Below, one piece after another: positions 48,705 through 58,797 of a stretch of 64,000 bases of DNA. The position numbers were made by a program, and so were the translations under genes. Source of the DNA: Cyanophora paradoxa CCMP329 (Eukaryota > Plantae > Glaucophyta). Under the pieces are notes generated by a model. It had not been told where the DNA came from. It saw nothing but the letters and a program-made list of their open reading frames with translations, and did no database searches. Positions within the stretch are counted from its first letter, which is position 1; every line of letters begins with the position of its first letter. The stretch spans positions 1-64,000 of the forward strand of contig QPMI01000643.1 in NCBI GenBank assembly GCA_004431415.1. Reading direction: 5' to 3'.

Positions 48705-50978
48705 ATGGCTCCCTCATTCAGCTCAATCAACCCCAATGGCAACACCTTCATTCTCACTGAGCGCATCCACAGAGGTAACCTCAAATGGGTGGTGGAGAAC
48801 TTTGATAATCTCCAGTTTCGCCCTGAAACTGACAAGACCCAAATGAGAGCCATCATCCAGAAATTACTTTCTATCGTCGATCATGAGGGCTACCACACCT
48901 GTAAATATAAGCAGGTGAAGCACAACACTGGTAGGTACTTTGTGGATGGAAAAACCCCCAGCCTTCAAAGCATCTGTAGGGAAATTCGCCACACCATTTC
49001 CAAGGACTACTACTATGACATTGACATTGTGAACTGCCACCCTGTCCTGCTTGTTCAGTATTGTGAGAAACATTCAATTGCCACTCCTCAGCTGAACAAA
49101 TATGTTCAGAGCAGGGATGAAATTCTTGATGATCTCTGTGAGGTCACCCAGAAATCCAAGGCTGATGTCAAGCGCAGCATTCTGGCAGTCATCAATGGTG
49201 GGCAAGGGGCTGACCTCTCTAGCCTACTTATCAATCACAAGTACTTCAGTGATCTCAAAGAGGAAATGGCCAAAGTCCATCAATTCATTGGTGGGATTGA
49301 GAAGCAGCGCTTCTATGCTATTGCTAAGCGCAAGAAAGAAAGCAATGTACTTGGTTCCACCATGAATATGGTACTATGTGACCTTGAGAATCAGGTGTTA
49401 ATGGCTGCTTGTGAGTACTTCAGTGCTCTTAAGCTCCATGTGGATGTCTTGGTCTTTGATGGATGTATGATCAGGAAAGACCCCAAAGTATTGAGTGCTT
49501 TGGAAGAGGTTAGTGATTATGTGGAGGGAAAAACTGGCTACAGGGTGACTTTTGTGGAAAAACCTATGGCCAGTGGGTTTGATGTACCTGAATGTCAAGC
49601 TTCCCTTTCCAACATTGATTACAAGACTGCTCCAATTCCTACCAACTGTGATTACATGGAGATCAAGCCCTACATGGATGCCAGACTTGCTCACATTATG
49701 AAGCCTGGGTTTGTCTTGTCTTGGAATGATCATACCAAGAAGTATGACACAACCAGCTTCAAAAGCTTGGCTGAGGATGTATACCCTCACATTCAGTACA
49801 CAGAGTTTGACCTAATGTCTATGAAGATGGAGCCTCATAACTTCATCAAAAAGTGGGCGAAAGATGAGACTGCCACAAGGTATGATTACTTGGACTTCCT
49901 CCCACCTCCTGTAAAATCTGCTTCCACCACTGCCAAGGTGTTTAATGCCTATGCTGGTATGAAAGGTGAGCTTATGGATGTGAGTGAAATGGATATTCCT
50001 CCTGATGTAACTGAGGAAGATGTTAGCCCATTCCTTGACCACATGATGATTCTCAGTGGTGAAGATGCTTCTACATTCAATTACATACTGAAGTACTTTG
50101 CCCACATTATTCAGAGACCTGGGGAGTTGAATGGGATTTCAATCATCTTCAAGGGAAAGCAAGGAGTGGGGAAGAACATCATATTGGATTGGTTTCAAAA
50201 TGAAATACTGGGTGGGGACTTGGCTTTCAGCACAGCCAACCCACTGAAGGACTTATTTGGAAACTTTGCCCACCAGCGAAAGCACAAACTACTTATCACT
50301 GTGAATGAGGCAAGTGGCAAAGACACCTTCACAAACAGTGATGCCCTCAAGGACATGATCACTGCTGAGAAAATTGTAATTGAGGCTAAGTATGTCAATT
50401 CTCATGAGGTGAGGAATTTTGCCAGGATCATATTTACTACCAACAACACCCTACCAATCAAAGTGGAGGCTGGAGATAGAAGGTTTGTGATTGTGGAGGT
50501 GAGTGACAAGAAAAAGGGTGACATGAAATATTTCAAGTCACTGGGTAATTGGCTGAAGGAGCCAAGAAACCAGCACATGGTATTCCTTTACTTGAAAAAC
50601 AAGGTGGATGTCACAGATGTGAACTGGTATGCTGACAGGCCAATGACCAACAGCTACTACCTTGCCCAACAAGCAAGTGTTCCTGTCACTGCCTTGTTCA
50701 CCAAGGATTTGGTAGACACCCAAAAGATTACCAAGGATACACCAAGGACTGAGAACAGGCAACAGGTGTGGGAGTGGTTCCAGCAGTTCATTACAATTAA
50801 TAAATTCAAGAATGAATTCAGCTCAAGGAAGTTCTACATTGAGATGGCTGGACTGGAATATGTGAGGCCTACCAAGTATTGTGGAAGGGAGTGTTATGTC
50901 TTCAAGTGGGATGAGATGATGGCTTACTTCAAGAGCTGTGGGCTGTTGGTGGAATTTTTGGAAGAGGAGGAGGATTAG
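48705..50978 (+). CDS. PolA-like primase-polymerase (TVpol-type) fused to an SF3/D5-like helicase
   Basis: PolA-like YDIDIVNCHP, KRSILAVING and LVFDGCMI; SF3 motifs GKQGVGKN, ITVNEA, IFTTNN and DRRF. Confidence 0.85.
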   Translation: MAPSFSSINPNGNTFILTERIHRGNLKWVVENFDNLQFRPETDKTQMRAIIQKLLSIVDHEGYHTCKYKQVKHNTGRYFVDGKTPSLQSICREIRHTISKDYYYDIDIVNCHPVLLVQYCEKHSIATPQLNKYVQSRDEILDDLCEVTQKSKADVKRSILAVINGGQGADLSSLLINHKYFSDLKEEMAKVHQFIGGIEKQRFYAIAKRKKESNVLGSTMNMVLCDLENQVLMAACEYFSALKLHVDVLVFDGCMIRKDPKVLSALEEVSDYVEGKTGYRVTFVEKPMASGFDVPECQASLSNIDYKTAPIPTNCDYMEIKPYMDARLAHIMKPGFVLSWNDHTKKYDTTSFKSLAEDVYPHIQYTEFDLMSMKMEPHNFIKKWAKDETATRYDYLDFLPPPVKSASTTAKVFNAYAGMKGELMDVSEMDIPPDVTEEDVSPFLDHMMILSGEDASTFNYILKYFAHIIQRPGELNGISIIFKGKQGVGKNIILDWFQNEILGGDLAFSTANPLKDLFGNFAHQRKHKLLITVNEASGKDTFTNSDALKDMITAEKIVIEAKYVNSHEVRNFARIIFTTNNTLPIKVEAGDRRFVIVEVSDKKKGDMKYFKSLGNWLKEPRNQHMVFLYLKNKVDVTDVNWYADRPMTNSYYLAQQASVPVTALFTKDLVDTQKITKDTPRTENRQQVWEWFQQFITINKFKNEFSSRKFYIEMAGLEYVRPTKYCGRECYVFKWDEMMAYFKSCGLLVEFLEEEED

Positions 50979-51480
50979 GGGGGCTCATGATAGGCCTGGG
51001 GGGGGTTTGGGGGGGTTTGGGAGGGTTTGGGGGGGTTTCCAGAAGTTTGGGGGGGGATCTGGGGGGGGATCGTTTTTTACTTTCTGGTTGTTTTATGACC
51101 AGAAATGGTAATAATGTATACATGTGGGGGGGTTAGGGGGGTTAGGGGGGGATATATAACTCCTATAGCCTCCAAATCTTTTCATTTTTAAGCAACAAGC
51201 CAGAAATATATAGAGTTGTGAGAGAATACCCCCTACCCACTCCACAACCCCTAATCCCCCCTAAACCCCACCTTCCAGACTGAGAATGGTAACCTAAACA
51301 ACAAGACGTCAGTTGGCAGAAACCCCCCTAACTTCTCCTTGAGTCCCCTAACCCCCCAAAATCCACCCCACTTGCTTGTAGGCCACCAGCACTTAAGGAC
51401 ATCTTCATATAGCATGGTGAAGAGCCCAAGCCCCAAGTGCCCACCAAAAATTGATTCTTGACACCCCCAACCCCCAAACA
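50976..51480. repeat. G-run tract followed by an opposing C-run tract (G-quadruplex-capable, telomere-like units)
   Basis: gggggtttggggggg and ggggttagggggg units at 50976-51151; ccccctaatcccccctaaacccc-type units at 51229-51476. Confidence 0.8.
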
Positions 51481-51507
51481 GTCTTACATAAGCCCACCAG
51501 TACCACC

Positions 51508-51742
51508 ATGGACTCAGATAGCAGCTATGATGACATCCCCCTTGAGGACATGGTTGAACTGTGGGAGGCAGTCAGGCAGCAGTATTATGATGAGTATAGG
51601 AAGTCCCCCAAGACATCAACCCCAGAAAAGTAAAGAATTGCGCAGATTGATGGAGGCATATGAGAACATCATATGTGATAACTATGGCATGGAGGGGTAT
51701 GCCCTACTCCACAAAGCAAATTTTAGCTGGAGAAAGTCATGA
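51508..51742 (+). CDS. Small hypothetical protein (probable frameshift near 51620)
   Basis: MDSDSSYDDIPLEDMVELWEAVRQQYY continues plausibly as KSKELRRLMEAYENII; AAAAATTGA lies ~55 nt upstream. Confidence 0.45.
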
Positions 51743-51899
51743 AAATTGTAAGTACCCCATCTTAAAATCACCGATTCACTCCTTGCCGCTATCACCGTTG
51801 GATTCCTCGTACAAAGTAGATATTTATAGACTCCAACATCATAGCCTTACGATGATCTGGTGACGAGCTACGAATATTTTCAGTTTCGCATATACCAAA

Positions 51900-52546
51900 T
51901 GTATATACCATAATGATATATGTATATGATATATTATGATGTCACATGACATATATATATAACATAGCTTTCCGGACTCGCCGCGTCATGGCGATCACGG
52001 CGCTATAGTTTTTACCAAAACTTGTTTTTTTTTCATATATATCATATACATATGTACGTTCGCGCGTACTGAGCCACGGTACGCACAGGGGCCTGCGTAC
52101 TGCGCTACGGTACGCACAGTGGCTTGCGTACTGCGCTACGGTACGCACAGTGGCTTGCGTACTGCGCTACGGTACGCACAGTGGCCTGCGTACTGCGCTA
52201 CGGTACGCACAGTGGCTTGCGTACTGCGCTACGGTACGCACAGTGGCTTGCGTACTGCGCTACGGTACGCAAAGTGGCTTGCGTACTGCGCTACGGTACG
52301 CACATTAAATCTTATAAGACCATATAAGATTTTAGAAAAGAATTCTATAAGACAACTCTTATAAGACCTTATAAGACTTAAATTTGAGCGACTTGTATAT
52401 ACCATAATTATATATGTATATGATATATCATTATGTCACATGACATATATATATATCATAGCTTTCCGGACTCGCCGCGTCATGGCGATCACGGCGCTAT
52501 AGTTTTTACCGAAACTTGTTTTTTTCATATATATCATATACATATA
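51900..52546. repeat. Two ~150-bp direct repeats (51900-52053 and 52395-52546)
   Basis: Shared core catagctttccggactcgccgcgtcatggcgatcacggcgctatagtttttacc with AT-rich flanks. Confidence 0.95.
52078..52304. repeat. 31-bp minisatellite, 7 full copies plus a partial
   Basis: ggtacgcacagtggcttgcgtactgcgctac at 52078, 52109 ... 52264. Confidence 0.97.
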
Positions 52547-52549
52547 TGA

Positions 52550-52812
52550 GCCAGCCTACCGCAGTGGTAGGCGAGCCCGTGTGTCTACAGCAGACCGGTA
52601 GGCACAGTCCGCCGGCGGTAGGACAGTAGGGCCCTGCCTACTCGCCTACCGGTAGAGCCCTCGCGCCTACCGTACAGCAGTAGGCAAGCCGGCCTGCCTA
52701 CCGGTCAACAGTAGGCACTGTATGGCAGCCTACAGGTCAGCAGTAGGCACTGTATGGCGGCCTACAGGTCAGCAGTAGGCAAGCCCGCCTGCCTACCGTA
52801 CAGCAGTAGGCG
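52550..52812. repeat. Degenerate 31-32-bp array of gtaggc/gcctac palindromic units
   Basis: cagtaggc at 52678, 52709, 52741, 52773 and 52804; looser copies upstream. Confidence 0.85.
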
Positions 52813-53005
52813 GTTTTTTCCTTATAGAGCTCTATAAGAACTTTTCTAAAACTTTCAATTAGAGCCACTTAAGGAACTTCAAACGCGAATATCTCGGCAC
52901 CAGATTGGCCGTTTTGAGCGCTCTTTTTTTTCCTGTGAAGCTCTCATCAAGCTCTACGCAGAGCCGCCCCTTTCGCATTTTTATGCTGCCTAAAAGTAGA
53001 TTATT

Positions 53006-53242
53006 ATGACAACTCCCATCCATACTCGCCTTGTAGAGGTCTCCTTTGAACTCTCATATTTGGCGCTGACGTCTCCAAGCCCTGAATTGAGTGACTCCAT
53101 ACATCGCGTCTCTATAGAACTGTACAACCTTGGTCATCGAATAGCCCCCCTGTCTCCACATATCAAAGCAGCTTTACAAAAAATATCAAACGATCTCCTC
53201 ATGCTTGGAAACGAGATTAATACCCTCCCTGATGGCAGATAA
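53006..53242 (+). CDS. Small helical hypothetical protein
   Basis: 78-aa ORF with three heptad-like repeats (VSFELSYL, VSIELYNL, ISNDLLML). Confidence 0.5.
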   Translation: MTTPIHTRLVEVSFELSYLALTSPSPELSDSIHRVSIELYNLGHRIAPLSPHIKAALQKISNDLLMLGNEINTLPDGR

Positions 53243-53247
53243 TGTGT

Positions 53248-53514
53248 TCAATGTAGACGGTTTCCTTGGTACTCATCCCAAGCGCTGCTTACAGCCTGAG
53301 CAAATTGCTCCCCTGTCACCTCTTCAATGCTCTCCAAGCTTACCCTTTGCCCCTCAGTTGAGCGCACCACATCATAGGGAGACCCACTCCTGGATCCACT
53401 TGGGGAGGAAGATCCAATGCTGACGTCAATAGTAGTATCACAACAGCTACACTTATAATTGCTGGTCACATGTATATGAAACATATCCAGCAATTGTTGG
53501 AGCCATTGCCACAT
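53248..53514 (-). CDS. Small protein with an amphipathic N-terminus and a Cys cluster
   Basis: MWQWLQQLLDMF then CSCCD; homolog of 11449-11712. Confidence 0.6.
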   Translation of the reverse strand: MWQWLQQLLDMFHIHVTSNYKCSCCDTTIDVSIGSSSPSGSRSGSPYDVVRSTEGQRVSLESIEEVTGEQFAQAVSSAWDEYQGNRLH

Positions 53515-53539
53515 CTTACAAGTAACAGGACAAAATAAC

Positions 53540-53770
53540 TCAGTTGCTGCTCTCAGTGGTCAAATAATGTTTAATTGGCCTCCCTATAGGCCTCACAACA
53601 TCTTTTTGTGCCCTTCGGCGATAATATGATGCCAAGGCTTGCTGTTTCTTAAACTCTCTATATTCTGGGTCTTCCCTGTATCGTTTTTGGTTTGCTACAG
53701 CGCTCTTAATATAACTCTCACTAACAGGACTATCAACGGTGAACTCAACCAGACTGATGGTATCATCCAT
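53540..53770 (-). CDS. Small basic DNA-binding protein (DPEYR plus AT-hook-like GRP)
   Basis: NQKRYREDPEYREFKK...RPIGRPIK. Confidence 0.65.
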   Translation of the reverse strand: MDDTISLVEFTVDSPVSESYIKSAVANQKRYREDPEYREFKKQQALASYYRRRAQKDVVRPIGRPIKHYLTTESSN

Positions 53771-53798
53771 TTATAATAGAAAAAACGTTTATTTTTTC

Positions 53799-54533
53799 TC
53801 AAAGCCAAACCCGTCGTTTATACACTGTGGGGGCTACACCTTTGTCCACCTCAGCCTTTGTAGCACCTGGCTCAATAGTCCCCTTTTGGGTCTTTGTTTT
53901 CATTTCATCAACAGCTTGCTCATCAATTTGGTTCTCTTTCTTGGCAATAAACTGTTTATCTGGAATCCCAGTGATCCCCATTTTGAACACCTCCTTTCTT
54001 AGCATCTCCTTGAGTTTGGATCTCTCTCTCTTCTCAGTTACATATTGCTCTAAGGCACTTGATTTGGCTTCCAGATCTTTAAGCTTGGCAGTCATTTCGT
54101 CCCATTGAGCCTTGGGAACTCGATGAATATTCTGGGTGGGAGCAGTCTTGTATGTGACTTCACCCGCCATAGACTGGATAACCTTGTCTGATTCTTTACT
54201 GAGACCCTCACCTTTGCGAGTGAGTGATAGATCTTGGAGCCCAAGACCTTTGTCATCAGCAGCACCTATAATTCGCCTGGCACCCTCACCCACAGCCTTC
54301 ATTTTAGAAGCTTCAGGGGAGATGTTGAGCTGATCACTGGTGGACGTCTGTGGGGCTTTGTCATCAAAAGATTCCTCATAGGCGGCATTAAGGGGATCCT
54401 CTTGCTGTTGTGAGGGCTTTATCTCATTCATTCCATTGAATTTAAGCGGGTCTGTGTTAATGGAGCCATTGTTACCACCGCCTGAATAACCAACAGCCCC
54501 AGCAGGGATGCCTATTTTGCGTTTGGGGGGCAT
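53799..54533 (-). CDS. Conserved hypothetical protein (basic N-terminus, coiled coil; candidate core protein)
   Basis: MPPKRK start; homolog of 10586-11298. Confidence 0.65.
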   Translation of the reverse strand: MPPKRKIGIPAGAVGYSGGGNNGSINTDPLKFNGMNEIKPSQQQEDPLNAAYEESFDDKAPQTSTSDQLNISPEASKMKAVGEGARRIIGAADDKGLGLQDLSLTRKGEGLSKESDKVIQSMAGEVTYKTAPTQNIHRVPKAQWDEMTAKLKDLEAKSSALEQYVTEKRERSKLKEMLRKEVFKMGITGIPDKQFIAKKENQIDEQAVDEMKTKTQKGTIEPGATKAEVDKGVAPTVYKRRVWL

Positions 54534-54561
54534 TGTGTCTTTATTAAAGTGAGAGATATTT

Positions 54562-55344
54562 TTATAGACCGCGTTTATATCGCATTAACTTATTACTATG
54601 AACTTGGCTTTTGACTTCTTTTCGCCCTTCTTCTTTCTCTGGTGGTTTAAGCTCATCTTCTTTCTTCTTTGGCTTCCTGTGGAACCGTGGAAATGGGAAA
54701 TCTTTGACCAAATCCGCTTTATCTACGAAATATTTCACAGAATAATCGGCAGATGACCAAATTAGAAACTGATAGGAATGTACATATTCTTCAAACATTT
54801 TATAGAAAACATCTTTGTCCCGCATTATATTGTATTCTTCCTCAATGGCTTCAAGCTCCTTTCTATTGGCAGCGCTTAGGAACATAGCATAATCTGAGTT
54901 GACGCGAATGGTCGATGAGACTTTCCTCAGCTTTTGTGTGATACAGATAATAGATATTTTCGAATGTCTACCACGACTGTAAAGACTTCCGATTATTTTA
55001 TCTCGGGTTAAATCTACTATTTCGTTGTCAATAAGGTCGTCCAAAACAACACATAATTGGTTTACAGGTTCCCCCTTTTCTATTTTCTCTTGCCTTTCAT
55101 CCAGCAATTTAGCAATGTAAGGGGCGTCCCATTTCCCCAATTGTAATGTGGCCACCTTATCCCAGAAATGATTAAAGCTTGTTCCACTCACCACCAAAAC
55201 GACATCAATCTTTTTGGCATCATGAAGCTGCTTGAGCCAATACTTTACAGCCTCTGATTTACCAGTAGCAGATTTGCCAATTGCCAAAACGCGGAAAGGG
55301 GGATTTATCATCTCACCAGCATTAAATTCGTCCAAGTCGCCCAT
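54562..55344 (-). CDS. A32/FtsK-like genome packaging ATPase
   Basis: GKSATGKS, VVLDD, RGRHSKISIICITQ. Confidence 0.95.
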   Translation of the reverse strand: MGDLDEFNAGEMINPPFRVLAIGKSATGKSEAVKYWLKQLHDAKKIDVVLVVSGTSFNHFWDKVATLQLGKWDAPYIAKLLDERQEKIEKGEPVNQLCVVLDDLIDNEIVDLTRDKIIGSLYSRGRHSKISIICITQKLRKVSSTIRVNSDYAMFLSAANRKELEAIEEEYNIMRDKDVFYKMFEEYVHSYQFLIWSSADYSVKYFVDKADLVKDFPFPRFHRKPKKKEDELKPPEKEEGRKEVKSQVHSNKLMRYKRGL

Positions 55345-55397
55345 GCTTCCTTCTATAAAGAACCAGATAAAAATAATACGATGTGACTGAATATGGT

Positions 55398-56767
55398 TTA
55401 TAGATTGATTCGCCTTAAGCCGTCCTTGTCCACAATGATGAAACTATGCATGAGAGCGCGAACATTGACATCAATTGCCTTGTCAGTGGGCATGTAGAGA
55501 GTGAGGAATGAAGATGAAGAATTGGTCAGGTCAACATAGCCAGACTGGGCAACATTGCGAATAGCCTTCTCACCATCAAGACAGAATGGCAGCCCTGAAA
55601 GAACATAGCGATCAGCAACCTTATCCATATTAGAGCATTTGAAGACATCAGCAATCAGCTCAGCACCTTTGAGCAGTGGAATGGGCTCAGTGGCATAGAG
55701 ACGTTGACCATTAATTTCCACAGTGAAAGTAATATCTTTGGAGTTGGAGTAGGTCTTGAGAACACTGTGGGAACCATTAGCTTTGTCAACAGTAGCGTTA
55801 TCACGAACTGAAACAAGCAGAGCATAAACGAGACCTGAGATTTGGGAGAGGTTAACTCGATTGGGTTGGGCAAGACCCTTGGCTTTCATATCACTGACAT
55901 CCACAAATCCAATATCCAGAGCAGGGATAGCCATGCCAGTTGTCTTTACCTTCTCAATAACAGTAGCGAAAAGCTCATCAGACACATTAACAGCATACAT
56001 ATAAAGGCGAGGAGAAGTAATTTTAATTTCAACGTTTGGCGCACCAAGATTGAAAGTGGTGATGTTTTGGCCAACATGTGCCAGCACAGATTCAGCAGGT
56101 GCGACGCCAAGCCCATCATCCTTGTCCCCATCAATGGCTGTGTCCCCAGCCTTAGGAAGAGTACGACCACCATAAGAAGTCTCAACATAACCCTTCCCTA
56201 CATCCTTGAACCAAACAGTTACTACCATTTCACCAGACAGAGCACCAAGAGGTAGGTAGTGGTTTAGCCAAGGCACAGGAATTTCAACAAAGAATGAGCC
56301 ACCAAGTCGGTTGGTTCCATGGGCGGGATGCCGTGAAGCATGCCCATTGATCGCTTCTTTTTGGCAAGCTGATCCTCACTATAATAGACAAGAGGGAAAT
56401 GAGCAAGGAAATCAGAAGGGATATGGTAGGTGTATGACCCATAGGTAATTTCAAGTCGCTGAACCAAAGCACCAACTGGGCGAGTGTACCCATTCCGAAC
56501 AAGATCAGCATCACCAAAAGTGATAGCTGGAAGGTCGAAGGCAAGTTCGAGTTTGCCACAGAAATTGTAGCGAGGGAGTTTGAATGAAATGCGATTTCCA
56601 ACACTATTTTCAAAAGTATTGCTCGGGTTCACAACAACAAGAACGGGCTTCGACTTGGATTCAAGACCAAGCATTAGGGAGTTATCCAGAAAGAAGGCCT
56701 TGGCCTCCTCTGGGGTTGTTAGGGCTTCTTTCAACGAAAGGCGCTGGAGGGTCGACGTAATATCCAT
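55398..56767 (-). CDS. Major capsid protein (putative double jelly-roll; frameshifted near 56300)
   Basis: Two ORF pieces align end to end with 8353-9678 (GNRISFKLPRY; RVNLSQI; QSGYVD; DGLRRI). Confidence 0.78.
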
Positions 56768-56821
56768 GATTTTCTCTTTTATTATACTGTAACATAAAAA
56801 AATTACGAATGAACCTTGTGT

Positions 56822-57853
56822 TTACCCAAAACTCGCAATGATTGGATATGTTGGATGACTTTGTGACATCCGCATCTTAAAGTATTCATAGACAGGGTCG
56901 CCTGCTGGCTCCTCCCCATATCGAATTTCAAATGTGAGGTGGACAGGTTGACCCTCAAAATCGATTGGTTCGTTTATAGCATTTACTATATCCACAGAGA
57001 ATGTAGACAAACCCATTTTTTTGTTATAGTACTTGTAAAGTGGGTGAGATTCTGTTGAATTGTAAACCACATGCTCACCATAGTCCTTGTCAGGAACCAC
57101 GATTTTGTGGAAGTAACCAGTCAGGAGACCATCCCCACACTGAACTAGATCACCCAACTCTTTTACTCTGACAAATAAAACACTGTCCCTGGTCTTTTCA
57201 GGCTCAAATGAAGATATAATACCATTCACCCGTTCACCAGTAAAGATGCCATCAGTAAGAGCATTATAAACCTGTGATTGGATTGGGGAATTTCCATATC
57301 TTCCGGGATCAAGACCAAGCAATCGGGCAGCGCTCAGCAACTTTTGGATCGTTTTCTGGTTTGGATTTCCAGCGTTAGAGAAGGCTAAATAGAAAGGTTT
57401 CTCTGAGTGGAATATAATTCGTTTTAGTGACTCATCCCATTTACAGCGAATAGATGGTTCCGGCTCTCTATCATCGAATTTCGCATTAATTACATTTACC
57501 AATTGCTGGTGGCTTTGAATGGGTTTTTTGCGACTTATGATTAATTGCTTCCAAGGTTCAAAGCCGGCCGCTGGTCGAGTAGTTGGAATGCCATCAATGC
57601 CAGCACCATCGAATTCTTCACTCCAAAAAATGCTGAATGAATTATCAATTGTAATATCCCCTGGTTGCGTTTCACCACTCACCATAGGGATACTATTATA
57701 AAATTCGGCCGAGACCAGCCTGACAGCCCTCACATTCTCATATATGTTTGGAAGTCGAGCTACAAAGCTTGAAGTAGGACCGTCACCAGAGATTGTATTA
57801 AAAGAACTCACCTCAATGTAATCCACGGGCATTCTCCTTTTATCTATATTCAT
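56822..57853 (-). CDS. Minor capsid (penton)-like protein 2
   Basis: SSFVARLPNIYENVRAVRLVSAE...PIDFEG..VHLTFEI; homolog of 7383-8297. Confidence 0.75.
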   Translation of the reverse strand: MNIDKRRMPVDYIEVSSFNTISGDGPTSSFVARLPNIYENVRAVRLVSAEFYNSIPMVSGETQPGDITIDNSFSIFWSEEFDGAGIDGIPTTRPAAGFEPWKQLIISRKKPIQSHQQLVNVINAKFDDREPEPSIRCKWDESLKRIIFHSEKPFYLAFSNAGNPNQKTIQKLLSAARLLGLDPGRYGNSPIQSQVYNALTDGIFTGERVNGIISSFEPEKTRDSVLFVRVKELGDLVQCGDGLLTGYFHKIVVPDKDYGEHVVYNSTESHPLYKYYNKKMGLSTFSVDIVNAINEPIDFEGQPVHLTFEIRYGEEPAGDPVYEYFKMRMSQSHPTYPIIASFG

Positions 57854-57861
57854 ATATTAAA

Positions 57862-58797
57862 ATGAACCGGCTTGTCAATGTTGATAGCAGGGATCGCAGC
57901 CAAGGTGAAACCGAAAACTCTTACAGGGTTGCCCTCACAACACCAGTAGAGAGACCTCGAGAGTGTAGGATCATTTACGCAGAAATTCCAAACAGCATTT
58001 ACAATAGTGTGGGAACAGATCATTTAATAGTGGAATTCACCTATCAGGATAGTTCTGTCACTGAAACAGTAACTTACAACATCTCTCCTCTGCCAACCGG
58101 TTATATCAATCAGGGTCATTTTGGGGTCACCCAACCATACAACTATGGATTGAACTATGTGTTCTATGAGGAAACTATAGCAGGAAAAACAGTTGCTTTC
58201 GAATTCAAATTATTCTACAATCCAACCACTTATAAAGTGGAGTTCTACAGTAACAGATTTTTCCGTATAAAAGCAAGCAATAAGCGCATTGGTAAGCTAT
58301 TGGGTTTAAGCTCAACTGAGTTCCAGTCTTCATTTATGGATGACAATTCGCCCTCTCAATCTCCATATCGCCCTGAGAATTTTCTAAAGTATGATGGCAA
58401 ACCTATCACACTCAATCACCCCTTGTGGGGAACTACCTTTTCGGGATCCAGACTTTCATCCACACCTCTTAGATATGTTTATTACAGCAATAAGATGGCA
58501 GATATGAATGCTGAGCAGTACCTTTATTTACATGTCAAAGAACTTGCTCCCTTTGCCAGCAGACATAATATAGTCCCAAAATCACAGCCACAAAACCAAG
58601 GCGCCATACTGAGACTCCAATTAAGCAAGGATATAGGAGGCTATGTTTACTATAATGGTGAACATGGGGAGTTTATTCGAATTAATGACCGACATCTGGT
58701 GGTGAGAGAACTAACAGTTGAGTTCAAAGACTACTTTGGTGACATCATTGACATGAATGGAATTGACAATTCTTTTCAGCTCGAGTTTATCGAATAA
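57862..58797 (+). CDS. Minor capsid (penton)-like protein 1
   Basis: VNVDSRDR..ENSYRV...YAEIPNS...IDMNGIDNSFQLEF. Confidence 0.78.
   Translation: MNRLVNVDSRDRSQGETENSYRVALTTPVERPRECRIIYAEIPNSIYNSVGTDHLIVEFTYQDSSVTETVTYNISPLPTGYINQGHFGVTQPYNYGLNYVFYEETIAGKTVAFEFKLFYNPTTYKVEFYSNRFFRIKASNKRIGKLLGLSSTEFQSSFMDDNSPSQSPYRPENFLKYDGKPITLNHPLWGTTFSGSRLSSTPLRYVYYSNKMADMNAEQYLYLHVKELAPFASRHNIVPKSQPQNQGAILRLQLSKDIGGYVYYNGEHGEFIRINDRHLVVRELTVEFKDYFGDIIDMNGIDNSFQLEFIE

Noticed and set aside
50997-51151. True telomere or chromosome end
   Set aside because: Irregular G-runs, internal to the element, with genes continuing on both sides.
52078-52304. CRISPR-like array
   Set aside because: Units are contiguous 31-mers with no unique spacers, there are no cas genes, and the context is a eukaryotic virus.
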